A DNA stretch of 63,681 bases, filler included, from Folioceros fuciformis (lineage: Eukaryota), in NCBI GenBank assembly GCA_049999805.1. It is 9 parts of 9 records of this genome, joined end to end, with 100 filler letters (N's around TTAATTAATTAA, not from the genome) between each part and the next. Parts side by side here need not be neighbours in the genome. Positions count along the whole stretch, not along the records: positions 30,533 to 37,404 come from JBNGIO010000928.1; positions 37,505 to 40,925 come from JBNGIO010000929.1; positions 41,026 to 50,141 come from JBNGIO010000930.1; 6 more parts are not named here. The stretch is one strand, 5' to 3'. Below the pieces are notes generated by a model. That model made no database searches. It saw nothing but the letters and a program-made list of their open reading frames with translations, and was not told the origin of the DNA. This document shows, piece after piece, positions 34,901 to 47,230 of this stretch; the first letter of the stretch is position 1, and each line of letters opens with the position of its first letter. The translations under genes and the position numbers were made by a program.

Positions 34901-37330
34901 GGGAGTGCACATGGTATCTCGGTCTTCCAACCCCCATCGATCAATCAAGCATATTTTTCAGAGTATGAGCCCTGAATCTGTGATGCACTTGCAGGTAAGA
35001 TCATCTGCCTTGCTGGCCCGCCTGGTGTGGGAAAAACAAGTATTGGACGCTCAATTGCGCACGCTCTCAACAGAAAGTTTTATCGATTTTCTGTGGGAGG
35101 TCTCAGCGACGTCGCTGAAATTAAGGTAAGAAGACTTTCCTTGACTAATAGAGTTAGGGTTGGGGGAGAGCCTCGTGCTGGCACACGTGACGCACGTGGC
35201 GACTGAATTTGCGGGTAGTAAAATTTCCTTTGGGTTCCATGCAGGGCCATAGAAGGACATATGTTGGAGCGATGCCTGGTAAGATGGTTCAGTGTCTGAA
35301 AGCAACAGGCACAGCAAATCCTCTGGTGCTAATTGATGAGATTGATAAGGTATAGTGAGGCTTACCTGCAGTTTTTGTGCTGTTCCTTGTGTTTCTTTTC
35401 AAGTTCTCGTGCGTTCATCAGTTTGCTTGTTTGCACAGCTTGGCCGTGGACATGCGGGAGATCCAGCAAGTGCCCTCTTAGAGCTTTTGGATCCAGAGCA
35501 GAATCAGAACTTTCTAGATCACTATCTTGATGTTCCCATTGACTTATCTAAGGTGTGATGCGTTGTTGTCTCTTGGCTTTTGCTTAGTATCTAATCTCCG
35601 GGTTGAACTCACCAATGCACACCTATTTTTGTTGTCAGGTGTTATTTGTTTGCACTGCAAACGTGGTGGAAATGATTCCAAACCCTCTTTTGGACAGAAT
35701 GGAGGTCATTAGGCTGGTTGGCTACATCACAGACGAGAAAAAACACATTGCTCGGGACTATCTGGAGAAGGCTGCTCGAGAGGGCTCTGGTGTGAAATCA
35801 GGACAGGTCATGAGCACTCCAACACTGAGAAGCAGGCGTATGAGTCTCTGGTTTATCATGTAAAAACCTTGTGCTCCTTGCGTTTGTGAAGTGTCCCAAC
35901 CACACTTTTTTACTGTGTCGCAGGTTGAACTAACAGATGAGGCGCTGCATATTCTGATCGAAACATACTGCCGGGAGGCTGGAGTACGTAGTCTCCAGAA
36001 GCACATTGAGAAAATTTATCGAAAGGTGTGGTCACGTCCTTGTGCAGTTATCAGCTGTGTGTCCCCACAATTGGTTGTCATGTACAAGAGCCTTAACGTA
36101 GGAATTTTGTGGATGCCGGTCCAAGACAGTGAGGGAGTGGATGTTGTCTGGGTTCTAAAGTGGAAACTGTTGAAGTGGTCTACAGGTTGCCCTCAAGCTT
36201 GTTCGCATGGAGATCGAAAGTGCTGGTCAGGCACAAGACAAAAATGAAGAAGCCGCAGTTGGATTGAAGTCAGGCAGAAATAGCGCTGCTGTTGTGGAGC
36301 ATGGCGTTCGAGCCGATAGTGATGCTATGGTTGAGGTTGAAGAGAATGACCTCCACATTGTAAGTGTCCCGGAAATTGCAGAGCAAATAGAGGATTTGGC
36401 TGCGCTGCTTCGGAAGGACGGGGCTGAGATAGGGGCTGATGATCCCTCCGTTGTACTCGAAGATGCTGTGCCGATTGCCAGCTACTTGACTCAACTTTTG
36501 AGCTCGTCACAGTACGAGGAGGTGGAGACGGGAGCAGTCGATTCGATCGCAGGAGCAGGATATGGTTTGCGGAATTCTAGCTATTTAGTCCAACTGTTGA
36601 GTGATTCTCAGCAAGATGTACATGATGACCAACGGGACATGAATGTGGATGAGAACTTCCTAGGAATAGAGACAAGCCAGTTGGAGAGCCACTTGATCCA
36701 GCCGTTGAATGACCTAGGCCTGGTGCGTCTCTTAGGGGGCCTTGCTTCCAGATTTCAGTTGGCATTGATACTGGTGCTATGGACTGATTGCTCGTCTTTG
36801 ACTTGTTTCAGGAAAGTGAAATTGAAGGGAAGTCCACGGTGGAAGTTGATGATCCGGCGCGACCGATGCTTGTTGTAGAGGAGTCGAATCTGCCAGATTA
36901 CGTTGGGAATCCAGTGTTCCAAAGTGACCGACTGTATGATCAGACTCCTCTAGGAGTGGTGATGGGTCTGGCCTGGACCGCGATGGGCGGGTCCACTTTG
37001 TATGTGGAGACGAGCCTTATCGAGAAAGGAGAGGGTAAAGGCTCTTTACAGATGACGGGTCAACTTGGAGATGTGATGAAAGAGAGCGCAACTATTGCTC
37101 ATACAGTGTCCAGAGCTGTTTTGCGCGAGAAAGATGCAAGCAATGACTTCTTTGCAACCGCAAGATTGCACCTCCATGTACCAGCTGGTGCCACTCCTAA
37201 AGACGGGCCTAGTGCGGGATGCACCATGATCACGTCCATGCTCTCCTTGGCTATGGGAAAGATGGTGAACCGGGATGTGGCCATGACAGGGGAAGTCACT
37301 CTGACTGGCCGTGTTCTACCCATTGGTGGG
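31965..37330 (+). CDS. LON1: Mitochondrial Lon protease, multi-exon, 3' end lost in the gap
   Basis: LON-N (PLFPGFY, PYVGAFL), [21 protein letters not shown], Walker [10 protein letters not shown], Walker B LIDEIDK, catalytic PKDGPSAG and [17 protein letters not shown]. Confidence 0.95.
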
Positions 37331-37404
37331 GTAAGCAAGCTGTCTATTAATGTTCTACGTCTACTTGCATGGTGCCCCCACTAACATTTTGAGACTCTCT
37401 TCTC

Positions 37405-37504
37405 NNNNNNNNNNNNNNNNNNNNNNNNNNNNNNNNNNNNNNNNNNNNTTAATTAATTAANNNNNNNNNNNNNNNNNNNNNNNNNNNNNNNNNNNNNNNN
37501 NNNN
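37405..37504. other. Artificial assembly spacer
   Basis: N44-TTAATTAATTAA-N44. Confidence 0.98.
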
Positions 37505-39350
37505 ATCTATAGGCAATCTCAAGGAGAAGCATGCCAAAGTTACTCATCTTAAAAGCAGCGAAGCACTTGGACAACATGAATCAGTCTATAGGCAATCTGA
37601 AGGAGAAGCATGCCAAAGCAGCAGGCATGTGGGACGAGGTGGCTACGTATTGTAGGCAATAGGATGTAACCTGCATTGCTACGCAATATAAAAATAAATG
37701 GGATGCTCTCTCACAGGAGTGGAAAACGATCAATGATTTCTACATACATCTACTCAATGGTCAAGATATATTTTGGCACATTGCCGCTCCAATTTTGACG
37801 AGGAAATATTTTAGGCTATTGCGCAATGGTACTTCACCTCTCAAGCAGTGGCCCTAGATAATTTTATCAATACAAACACTCTTCCTTTAGGTATCTTGGG
37901 AAGATTTTCATTTTAGGCAAGCGAAGCTTCCATGTTATGCAAGTTTTCCTTTTGGAAAGGTTCAATGACAAGTCTCTTGTTCATTAGGTTTGATAGAATG
38001 TCAACTGCAGCTTATTGAGCAATGCATGCTTTCAAGTTTGGTAGGTTTTATGTAGAGCGGTTTATCTATTGAGCATGTGTGATGTTTGGTAGGTTTCTTG
38101 TAAAGCCAGTTCTCTGTTGAGTAAGTTTCTTCTTAGCAGTATCTGTTCAGTAGGTTCTATGCTAAGTAAGGTTCTGTTTAGCAAGTTCTGTTCAGGTTGA
38201 ACACAAGGTTCTGTTTAGCAAGTTCTATTCAAATTCTATGTTTAGCAACGTTCTGTTTAGCAAGGTTTTGTTAAGGAGGATTTGTGTGGAGCAAGTTCTA
38301 ACATATGCAAGTTCCTACTACAAGTTCTAACATCCTCTTTGTGTACAATTATTAGAAGGCGACAGCATAGGAGCTTCATTTGCATCTACTGGTTTCGAGG
38401 AAAACTGGTCTCCTGAAGGCCAATCTACATCCAAGATTGATGGAAATACAAGGGACGCTCAAAGTGTGGAGAAAAACAACTCTAGCCGAAGGAAAAAGTC
38501 GAAGTCCAATGCTCAAAAATTACCTAACAACCTGAGCTCTATGACTAATGATTTCATGAAGCATCTACAACATTCTGAAGATCAAAATCAAACAAACATC
38601 GGGAACAGGTGCAATTCAATGAGCACTTGCCCAATTTTTGCTTTCTTATAAAAACTAGAATTGGAAGGAAATCTGGGCATTGTTGACAGACCCTGAAAAG
38701 CCACAAAACATGTCGAGAGATTCCATATCCATGTTAACAATTGCCTGTATGCACACATTGTAGTTGTGGTTTCTATGGAAGTAATCAATGGCCATGTGCT
38801 TGGAAGGTAACTCAATGGACACGTGAGTCACATCAATTGCACCCGCACAATTCAGCAAGCCCTGGTGAGCTGTGAATGCTGTTTGAGTTTGTTCCATGGC
38901 ATCGCCTTCTAGCCAGGAAATATGCTTTCTTCCTGCCTTGTTCCAAGCTTGCACAAATCGACAAGTGAGTTTAGGGGCAATGGACTCAGCTAAGCCTCTC
39001 CTATTGACTTCAAAGAATCAATTGTAGTCAGTCTTCTCAATGCACTATAACTTGGGTACCCACCTGGAGATTCCGATTCGGAATACCTTGGAAGGCATGT
39101 GGTGTCTTTCTCGTTAAATCTATATGAGCCAAATCACAACATACATGAAAGATTGTAGACCCATTCGGAAGAACTTTGCGCACAGTGCACCATCACCATG
39201 TACAATTGGATCACTATGGAGCTACCACCACATTAAACACCTTTGCTTTATGTACCATTCTCCCATAACACATCTCTTCCTACACAGAGCAAACTAAAGA
39301 AAATACATCAAAAGTAAGTTGTGGTCCATGCTTTCCAAATCTTGGTCTTT
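37505..39350. mobile_element. Decayed PIF/Harbinger DNA transposon (Myb/SANT-trihelix ORF on +, DDE transposase on -)
   Basis: Plus strand ~37625-37740: WDEVATYC...QYKNKWDAL (trihelix). Minus strand 38655-39190: FFRMG...F, CAGAIDVTHVSI, YFHRNHNYNVCIQAIV and GFSGSVNNA (HARBI1/DDE_Tnp_4 motifs). Stops and frameshifts present. Confidence 0.8.
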
Positions 39351-39865
39351 CCTACGATTCTGACCAGAGGTGTGTACGTTGAACATGTGTAAGGACCTGT
39401 ACAAATGTGGGGATTACAAGAGGTGTGGCAATGAGAGAGGAAAGGGAAGCAATTCTCCTAGGGTCTTGCATCATGAGCATGCAAGGGCTCCTGCAACATT
39501 TCACGCTCTCCACCCGCTTCACACTCTTCGCCAATGCTAAATGCCTCAAACCTCTAGATCATGATCTGTAGGTCATGGGTTGCCCAGAAGTCTCGAGTGT
39601 TCTGATCAGAACACTCGAGACTAAGGGAATGTAGTTGTTTAATATGGTAGAAAGTCTCGCGGCCTTGCTCTTCCACAGAGGACCGATCACCGGCAATGTG
39701 TTGGTCAACTAGTAGCGTTACTTACACGTGGAAGTTGATAAGCCGAAATTAACGGATCTTTAATTTCATAGCCATGGAAAGTGGTTTCGTGGTTATGGTT
39801 TTTAATAAGTAGCTGAAAACCTAGGAGCCCATGGAAATTGGCCCTTACCACCAGTACATCAGCTT

Positions 39866-40400
39866 TCAATAGTGTGTGAGTGCAGTTGCCAGCCCATGTG
39901 GAATACACCAATGCCTACACTGGCCTTCAAAGGACAAGCAAGAGCAACCAGGTTGCCCAAACTGAGGCCCACCTCCTCCATTTGTCCATCCACAACAAGC
40001 GCCTCTTGGTCGAATCCTTGCTATACATACCCAGCCATCAACGCTGTCCATGTCACCACATTTTGTATACATGTCTAGCAAGCTATTCCCCAACACCTTG
40101 TCATCCAGCAGTCCTCTTTCAACAATGTGCAAGTGCAGTTGCCTACCTTTCTGTAAGGCAACAGTGTTGGAGGGCTGGTCTCATAAGGAGACACCCCATG
40201 ACCCATGTGCACATTCGAGGAACCAAGTTGCTCATCAACCCAAGCTTCTCATCCACTACGCCTGCCAATAAAAGGATCATGGATAACGAGCAACTCACAC
40301 CACACGGAGGTGACCTCAAGTCACCCAATAACATGCTCCCTTTTTTCTTCAAGAACCAGACTTTTATAGAAATAAGTCCGAGGAGACCAAATACTCTGAG
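39866..40400 (-). pseudogene. PLS-class PPR gene fragment
   Basis: HIVERGLLDDKVLGNSLLDMYTKCGDM and related fragments spread over several frames. Confidence 0.7.
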
Positions 40401-40423
40401 TGGGCAAGAACAAACGGGAGATG

Positions 40424-40590
40424 TGCTAATAAATGCGGAAGCGTGCTTGTAAGAAAAGCATTAATTAATAAAGAGGAAAGTTTTCTTTAAGTACAAAACT
40501 GAATGTGTCTCTTGAGTTATGTAATTAACCTCTAGTTTAGTAACTAAGGTTTAAACAATGTTAGGGTTTCATTCCTAACACTCCCACTAA
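40424..40590 (-). mobile_element. Probable 3' LTR plus polypurine tract of a copia-type element
   Basis: On the minus strand, TTAGTGGGAG (PPT-like) is followed directly by TGTTAGG... and ends ...ACGCTTCCGCATTTATTAGCA. Confidence 0.55.
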
Positions 40591-40759
40591 ACCAACATGG
40601 TTTATACGACCCTAGGTTTGAACTTATAATCATCGTATACCATTATGTCCCAGCTACTCTCAGTTCCGGATCGTACTTCCAACATACACAGCGTGGAGCT
40701 CCTAACTGCCTTCCTTATATGTTGCGCTTGCTTCCTGTTCAGTAGAACGATTACACGCG

Positions 40760-40925
40760 CAAGCCTGAAGACGAAGACACGCTCTGGAGCCTCACAAGCT
40801 TGAAGACGAAGACACGCTCTGGAGCCTCACAAGCCTGAAGACGAAGACACGCTCTGGAGCCTCACAAGCCTGAAGACGAAGACACGCTCTGGAGCCTCAC
40901 AAGCCTGAAGACGAAGACACGCTCT
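40760..40925. repeat. 35-bp near-perfect tandem array, >=4.7 copies, running into the gap
   Basis: Unit CAAGCCTGAAGACGAAGACACGCTCTGGAGCCTCA. Confidence 0.95.
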
Positions 40926-41025
40926 NNNNNNNNNNNNNNNNNNNNNNNNNNNNNNNNNNNNNNNNNNNNTTAATTAATTAANNNNNNNNNNNNNNNNNNN
41001 NNNNNNNNNNNNNNNNNNNNNNNNN
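40926..41025. other. Artificial assembly spacer
   Basis: N44-TTAATTAATTAA-N44. Confidence 0.98.
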
Positions 41026-42293
41026 AGACAAAGAGGCAACGTGTAGTGAGCTGCATTTGAGGGATTCACGTGAATCTTACGCACGCGGACTGAACATGTC
41101 TCTCCCGAAAGAGAGTGACGCACGTGAAGAAAGACTGAAAGAAATGTCCCCCGTGCAGACAGTCGAGCCTTTACCTGATAGGGCAGCAAGCGTGGCAAGC
41201 CATGTGATCTTGCTCACGTCTCTTCCGGCACAAATCTCCATCAGCGGTACAAAAATCACCTGCCAAGATTCGCAGTTAGGGCATCAGCCCGGAAACGATG
41301 AAATGAAAACAATCCATCGCAACCATTGCTGGAGAAGGAAATGAGCAAACACGCCGCCGCCTGGTCTCGGGAGCTTACAGAAACTGCAAACAGCCAGGAT
41401 GCGTTGTTCCAAGCTGCGTTCGAGTTGTGGCTAAGGCTGTCAAAGACCGTGCTAGCAAAAAGATATCCGCCGAGCTCGGTTCCCACTTTCACCAATTGAT
41501 GATCCCCTTTCTTGAACGCGGTCCGCAGAGCCGGAAAGAAGACGGTCACAGCCGCAGCATAACGCACCAGGGACGAAAGGCTAGCCGGCGGTGCAGCTGC
41601 ATCGATGTCTAGGCCTCCAGATCCATCAACAAATCTGGTGACAACGGTTCCCGTTCCATAGAGAGCGGCCAGAATATTGAGTAGCACTAAGCTCTTCACT
41701 CTCCTGCCCCTCTCGAGCTGTTCCACAGCAGCTGGAGACTTGGACTTGCGTTCTTTCGGATCCGGATCCGGACTCCGTAGGCAGGAGGCTTGCAAAACCG
41801 TGATGCCATGGCCGGGGATTGTTATTAGATACGCGAACGATCCCGGAACGTGAATAAGGTAAGAAGCTGTTCCGGAATCCTGAGCTGCTTGATGACCGGA
41901 CTGCCAATCCACGTCCTCTTCGCACTCGGATGCAAGACTGATCCCTTTTCCAAGCAGCCTTTCACGCACTCCTTCGCAATCTCCTCTGTTGTTGTCGATT
42001 GCATCGAAGCCGGCGCCGGCTCCACTACCAGTGCGGCCAAACCTCTGCAAATCGAAAGAAACTGTTGAAATGTACGACAAGCAGGCTGCTTGATTCTTGC
42101 CCTTGCAGCCCGCACTCGCCGTCACACGAGCCTTAAGCTTGCGCTGCCTTGTGCTGGTGCCACTATCTTTTTTCACTTCCAGCCATGGGGCTGCGACAGT
42201 AGCAGTACTAGTCCGAGTGTGGTGATGGAGGCGTGTCTTCACATGCTGCAGGAAAGCGGGCTGCGAATTTCCACAAGCAACGCTAATCAGCAT
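41026..42293 (-). CDS. EamA/DMT-like membrane transporter, probably plastid-targeted, 3'-truncated
   Basis: A long N-terminal extension is followed by SLVLLNILAALYGT, PASLSSLVRYAAA and GTELGGYLF. The next exon reads VIFVPLMEICAGRDVSKITWLATLAALSG. Confidence 0.7.
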
Positions 42294-43378
42294 TGCGGGG
42301 ACCAATGGGCCCGATCTCCAGAGATGCAACAGTGCACAGCGCTCCCGGCCGTGGCCTGATGAAGCTAGAGCTGCTGTTGCTTGGATCTCAAGGTTCCGAG
42401 TACTGGCTCTTTCAGCCTTGAGCTCGCGTGGCGGCGACGACGACGAAGGCGTGATTAGCAGCCACCACCCCGCGGTCGTGGTCCAGGACTCCGGTGCAGT
42501 GCAGAGAAGCACCCTTGAAGGGGAATGGTGGCGGGAAGAAAGGCTTGTTCGAGTCACGTCCTTCCTCGACAGGCCCTGCCAAGTGTTCGGCGCGTCGTAG
42601 GCCGCCCGCAGGCCGCCTGCTCGCGATTGACCGGACAGTAAAAAGAACGGTTGTCCTGAGAGAGCATCTACCGTGCTGGCGCCTGCAGTTCACATGCTTG
42701 GTTATAGGAAGCCGCTGTGATCCGTCGTTCGGGCACCCTCTGCGTATCAGCCGGGCAGATTCTCAGCCTTTCAACGGGTCTGTCTAACCACCATATTTCT
42801 ATAATGTGCGTAATTGCAACAAAGAAAAGGAGCTAATACTTTACGTTTATTTTAATTTATTTTATTACTGAATGTATAATTATAATTATTGAATAATCAT
42901 CAGAGATGCTTCAAGCGCAACGTACACAAAGCCGCTAGGTGACAATCAGCAGAACAAAAGCCGAGCTCAAAATCCAGGAATCATAGAAAAACACTAGGGA
43001 CGTCTGCGACAGCATCGGCCATGGCACGAGCGATCTCGCTCTCAGCAGCAGCCTACAGAGCAATGGGGCATTTGAAGAAATCCCTAAACCTGCACGGAGA
43101 TGAGCCAAGCTAGTACCGCTGGCACAAACAAGGCCACAGCAAGAACGCACTTCATCCAGGATCACGCCAAGGCTGAAACAAGCCATCAATCACCACACTC
43201 CGAAGAATCCATCACCGGTTCCTCACAGTCGATCCAAAACCCGAGCCCGCCATCACAACCACGACGCAACTCGCTCTCTGTTATCGGCGGAACATAATTA
43301 CCTCTCCCTGACATTCCGCACAACAGTCTGCAGCTGAGACTCCCATTCCCGCTGTACAGGAAACCATACCATGGCTGT

Positions 43379-43900
43379 CTAGCTGAGCTCAATCTTCGTA
43401 TGCAATCCAGAGCTACAAGCCGGAATGGGGACGATAGCCTGGGCCTCGGCCTCCCTCACAGACTTGTACTCCGAGGTGTCCCTAATAGCGGCCCGGATTG
43501 CCCTGTCCGCCGCAAAGAGGAGGAAAACCAAGCTGAAACACGACGCTGCCAGCTGCAAGAAGGTGGCCACTCCCTTGGCCAACCATTTCAGCTCCGACTT
43601 CTCCCACACTCCCTTGGCCAACCATTTCAGCTCCGACTTCTCCCACATTCTCCCAGACCTGCTGTCTCTCCTCCACCGAAAAGACCATCTGTTGGAGGAC
43701 TTGGTTAGCCATATCCTTGCTCCAATTGCGGGTGTAATTCCCCCGCCTTTCAATCTAGCCAAGCACATAAGCACAGTGCACACGCCAGAGAAAGCGAGAA
43801 TTTGCAAGCCTCGATGCGGCCGACCAGTACGCGCGGAAAGGCAGTGGATGCAGCTCGCCGCGGAAGGCATCCGTCTTTCCGATTGCATCGCGCCGTGCAT
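43379..43900 (-). CDS. Hypothetical small membrane protein with a 13-aa tandem duplication
   Basis: ORF with (WEKSELKWLAKGV)x2 followed by a hydrophobic helix. No family recognised. Confidence 0.35.
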   Translation of the reverse strand: MHGAMQSERRMPSAASCIHCLSARTGRPHRGLQILAFSGVCTVLMCLARLKGGGITPAIGARIWLTKSSNRWSFRWRRDSRSGRMWEKSELKWLAKGVWEKSELKWLAKGVATFLQLAASCFSLVFLLFAADRAIRAAIRDTSEYKSVREAEAQAIVPIPACSSGLHTKIELS

Positions 43901-44382
43901 CCATCCTCTCAGCTAACAGCACAAGGATGGTGGCAGCGAATTCGAGATGAGAGGAGGGTCCGGCAAGCACGACCATGGAGAGGCGGGGCGAAACGGAGAG
44001 TCCAGAAGATGATACGCTGTAGGCCGTAGGGAATCCGAATATTGATCGAAATTAGGGGTAATTGATCGACGATAGTGCAACACTGCTACTGCATCTCCAT
44101 CCCTGCTGCTGGCTCTGTGATAGCCTGGAATGCAGGCACCTTTCTGCTCTTTGCGGCCATGCTCTATGCTCGAGATCTCGCTAGCATCAATGACCACGCC
44201 TCCCCACTGCAGGTCCGTAGGCTCGTCTGTGGCCTTCACGTACAGATGCTTCCTTCCTACCTACCTACATCCGGGGTGATCTCCGTTCCATGCTGTCTGT
44301 GCTCCGTTTGTAACAAATTCTTTTGGCAGGTTTTCGTTCATTGAGGCCGAAAGCGTGTACGAGAAGGACGCATTGCTGATCA

Positions 44383-45282
44383 ATGGATCGGGGCAAGGGG
44401 AAGGCGGAAGTCTCGAGCGATATCACTGACACGGTTTGCGAGTTTCTGGAGGTGGCTATCCATGCGTTGCTGCACATCCGGGGGATCTACCCTCAAGGTA
44501 GGAGCCTGATTTGCGAAGCAGCTCTTAGTTTGGTTAGGGGAGGAAGGATTCAACGTTGCATCTGGTTTGCAGAGGTATTCGAGAGGCGGCGGTACTTGAA
44601 TGTGCCTGTGCAATGGATCCGGCATCCGGAGCTACGAGAGTACGTCAACTCCGCTGTCTCAAGCTTACGCTCCTGGATTCAGCAGGTGTGTGGAGTTCTA
44701 GGGCTAGGGTTTCAGGGTGGAGGAAATTACAGGTTGTTCTGCCTGATTGGGAGCTGACAAATCCGGCGCAGGGCGTGGTGGAGCGGGTATCGGTGATGCT
44801 GTATGATGGCAAGGGCTCGCTGTTGGAGAGGTTTATGTTCAAGCTTCGTGTGAATTCATCCTACTTCATGGACGGGTCCTCCTTGAATGACATCGAGTAT
44901 GCTCTGCGAGCATTTTTTCTCAAGATGTCCTCCTCCCAGCACTTGCTCCGGCCCTTGCCTGCAGGTTAGTCCCTGCCTGGGCTTTGGTGCATCATGGCAG
45001 ACAGATGTTCGCTGAAGCTGAGGATGGCTGAACTGCTCTTTATGTGGCAAATGCACCGTGCTCACAGATTTCTCATGGGAGATCGTAGCTTTCTCTAGGC
45101 AGCTTCCTGGAGACAAGACGTCAGGTGGACAGTTTTGGATCCCTTCTGATGGGAGACAATGGCAGGCTCCCCCGTCGATAACGCCGATCAAATCCATGAC
45201 TTGTGAGCCTCTGGATATGCAACTGTACGTGGAATACCCACCAGAGCAGACTGATGTCGGAATCTCTGGAGAGGGTTCATAA
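44383..45282 (+). CDS. REV7: DNA polymerase zeta processivity subunit REV7 (HORMA domain), 4 exons
   Basis: CEFLEVAIHALLHIRGIYP|EVFERRRYLNVPVQWIRHPELREYV...LLERFMF...IEYALRAFFLK...ITPIKSM...MQLYVE. Confidence 0.92.
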
Positions 45283-45661
45283 ATATGCCAATTGATAATA
45301 GTAAAGAAAGATCAAGATTCCCCGAAAATAGGACCTGGTTAAGGGAATTGAGATGGACCCTGAGGGAAATGCTAATGGTCTTACTCTGAGGTGAAGGTGA
45401 AGATGATGGATGAACGCAAAATGAGGTGTTAGCCACCTTGGCACAATCCGCCAACTGGGTAGTTTCAGAGTACGCCAATTGTCGCGAGGTTTGCAGTCAT
45501 GCAAGGCGCAACTCACAGTGAGCATTGCCTGTTGTTGCGTGCGCGTCTTGGCAGGGCAGGGCTCCAGCTTTAAGAGCTCAAGATGATTCCGGACCTTCTC
45601 AGAGAATTCGAGGTGTTCGTGGCTTGCGAACTCTTTCTGCAGCTGCTGCGCGTGGCAGGGC

Positions 45662-47230
45662 ATGATGGACCTCATCAACGCAGCGTTGGATTTGGTGGTA
45701 CCGCCTAGCGGCATCTTGTTCCTGCTCTTCACCTACCCTGTCATAGCCTTCTTCCAATTTTGGACGTTCGTCTTCCGTTTCTTCATCCATGAGAACGTGC
45801 ACGGCAAGGTAGTGCTCATCACCGGGGCGTCGTCGGGGATCGGCGAGGTAAGCTAGCTGGCCATGGCGAGCTGCGTCTTGTTCGGCTTATAACGGGTTTA
45901 GTATGGATTTGAGGCCTGTGGCTGCTGAAATCTAGTTCCTGCCGTGGCTTGCTGCAGCACATCGCGTATGAGTACGCCAGGAAGGGAGCAAGGCTGTCAC
46001 TAGTGGCAAGGAGGGAGGACTTGCTTAGAAGAGTGGCGGACATTAGCAGGCGTCTGGGGGCCGCGTATGTGCACCATATCGTGGCTGATGTTTCCAAGGA
46101 GGAGGATGTTCGGAAGTTCGTTGACGAGACAATCAACCAGTTCGGGCACTGTAGGTTGCTCTCGCAAAGCGCTCATTTCAAGAGCATGTCAAGATGAATG
46201 AAAATCGGTGCACGTGTGACGTTCACATGATGTTTCCTGTTTCATGATTTGCAGTGGATCACCTCGTCTGCAACGCTGGTATAGCAAACCTCTACTTCTT
46301 TGAGGAGGCGAGGGATCCATCGGCATTCTATCCTGTCATGGTAGGTTTGGAGCTGATCGTTTTGTGTTGGAGTGGCAAGCGTTGAGACGACATGACAACT
46401 GGAGATCTGTTCAGCGGAGCCGAGTATGATTGGGAAGGGTAATGGTGGACCTGTGTCTTGTGCTTACAGGATGTGACTTTCTGGGGCGCAGTCTTCTCAG
46501 CATACTATGCTCTGCCGCATCTGAAACGCAGCAAAGGCAGGATTGTTGTTATCGACTCTGTGGCGGCTTGGTTGCCCTTCCCTCGCATGAGCATCTACAA
46601 CGTATGCTGTTTGAATTGCATTCGGTTGTCCTTGTGCCGCATCAGCCACAACCTGCAGAGTCCCTTCTAAAGGGGCTCTATCTGTGCACTCGCAGGCTGC
46701 TAAAGCAGGTTTGCTCCAGTTCTTCGACACTCTACGGGTGGAAGTTGGTAACAACGTCGGCATCACAATCGTCCAGCCAGGTGCTACAGAGAGCGAGCTG
46801 CTTAGAGGCAAGACGGTCACATCCGAGGGTCGTGTCGAAGAAGTTCCGGAAGAAGTTCGAGATGTAAGCAGCTTCTCGTGTCACCTCTTCTAACCGCATG
46901 CCCTTCCTTCTGTCGCTGCAAACATTTTCATCCACATCTTGGTGCTTGGCCTTATTGCAGGCTCAGTTCGGCCCCTTACCTGTTACCTACGCCGAGACCG
47001 TTGCCAAGGCCGCCGTACAGGGTGCTACAAGAGGTTATCGATATGTCATCGTGCCCTTCTGGTACTCCGTGTTTCTGCTCTACCGCGTGTTTGTTCCTGA
47101 GTTCCTGTTGTCCTTCATCCGACTGGCGTTGACGAAGGTGGACGACCAGAGGTACCTCACCAGGGTCCTCTTGGAACAACCTGGAGTGAAACGGGCCATG
47201 TATCCAGAATCCATCATCAAATCTGAGTAA
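45662..47230 (+). CDS. HSD: Steroleosin / 11-beta-hydroxysteroid dehydrogenase-like SDR, copy 1 (6 exons)
   Basis: Hydrophobic lipid-droplet anchor with PP knob, GKVVLITGASSGIGE, VDHLVCNAG and the catalytic YN|AAK motif. Confidence 0.9.

Noticed and set aside
40760-40925. 35-bp repeats of CRISPR-like length
   Set aside because: Units are directly adjacent with no unique spacers, the context is eukaryotic, and no cas genes are present.
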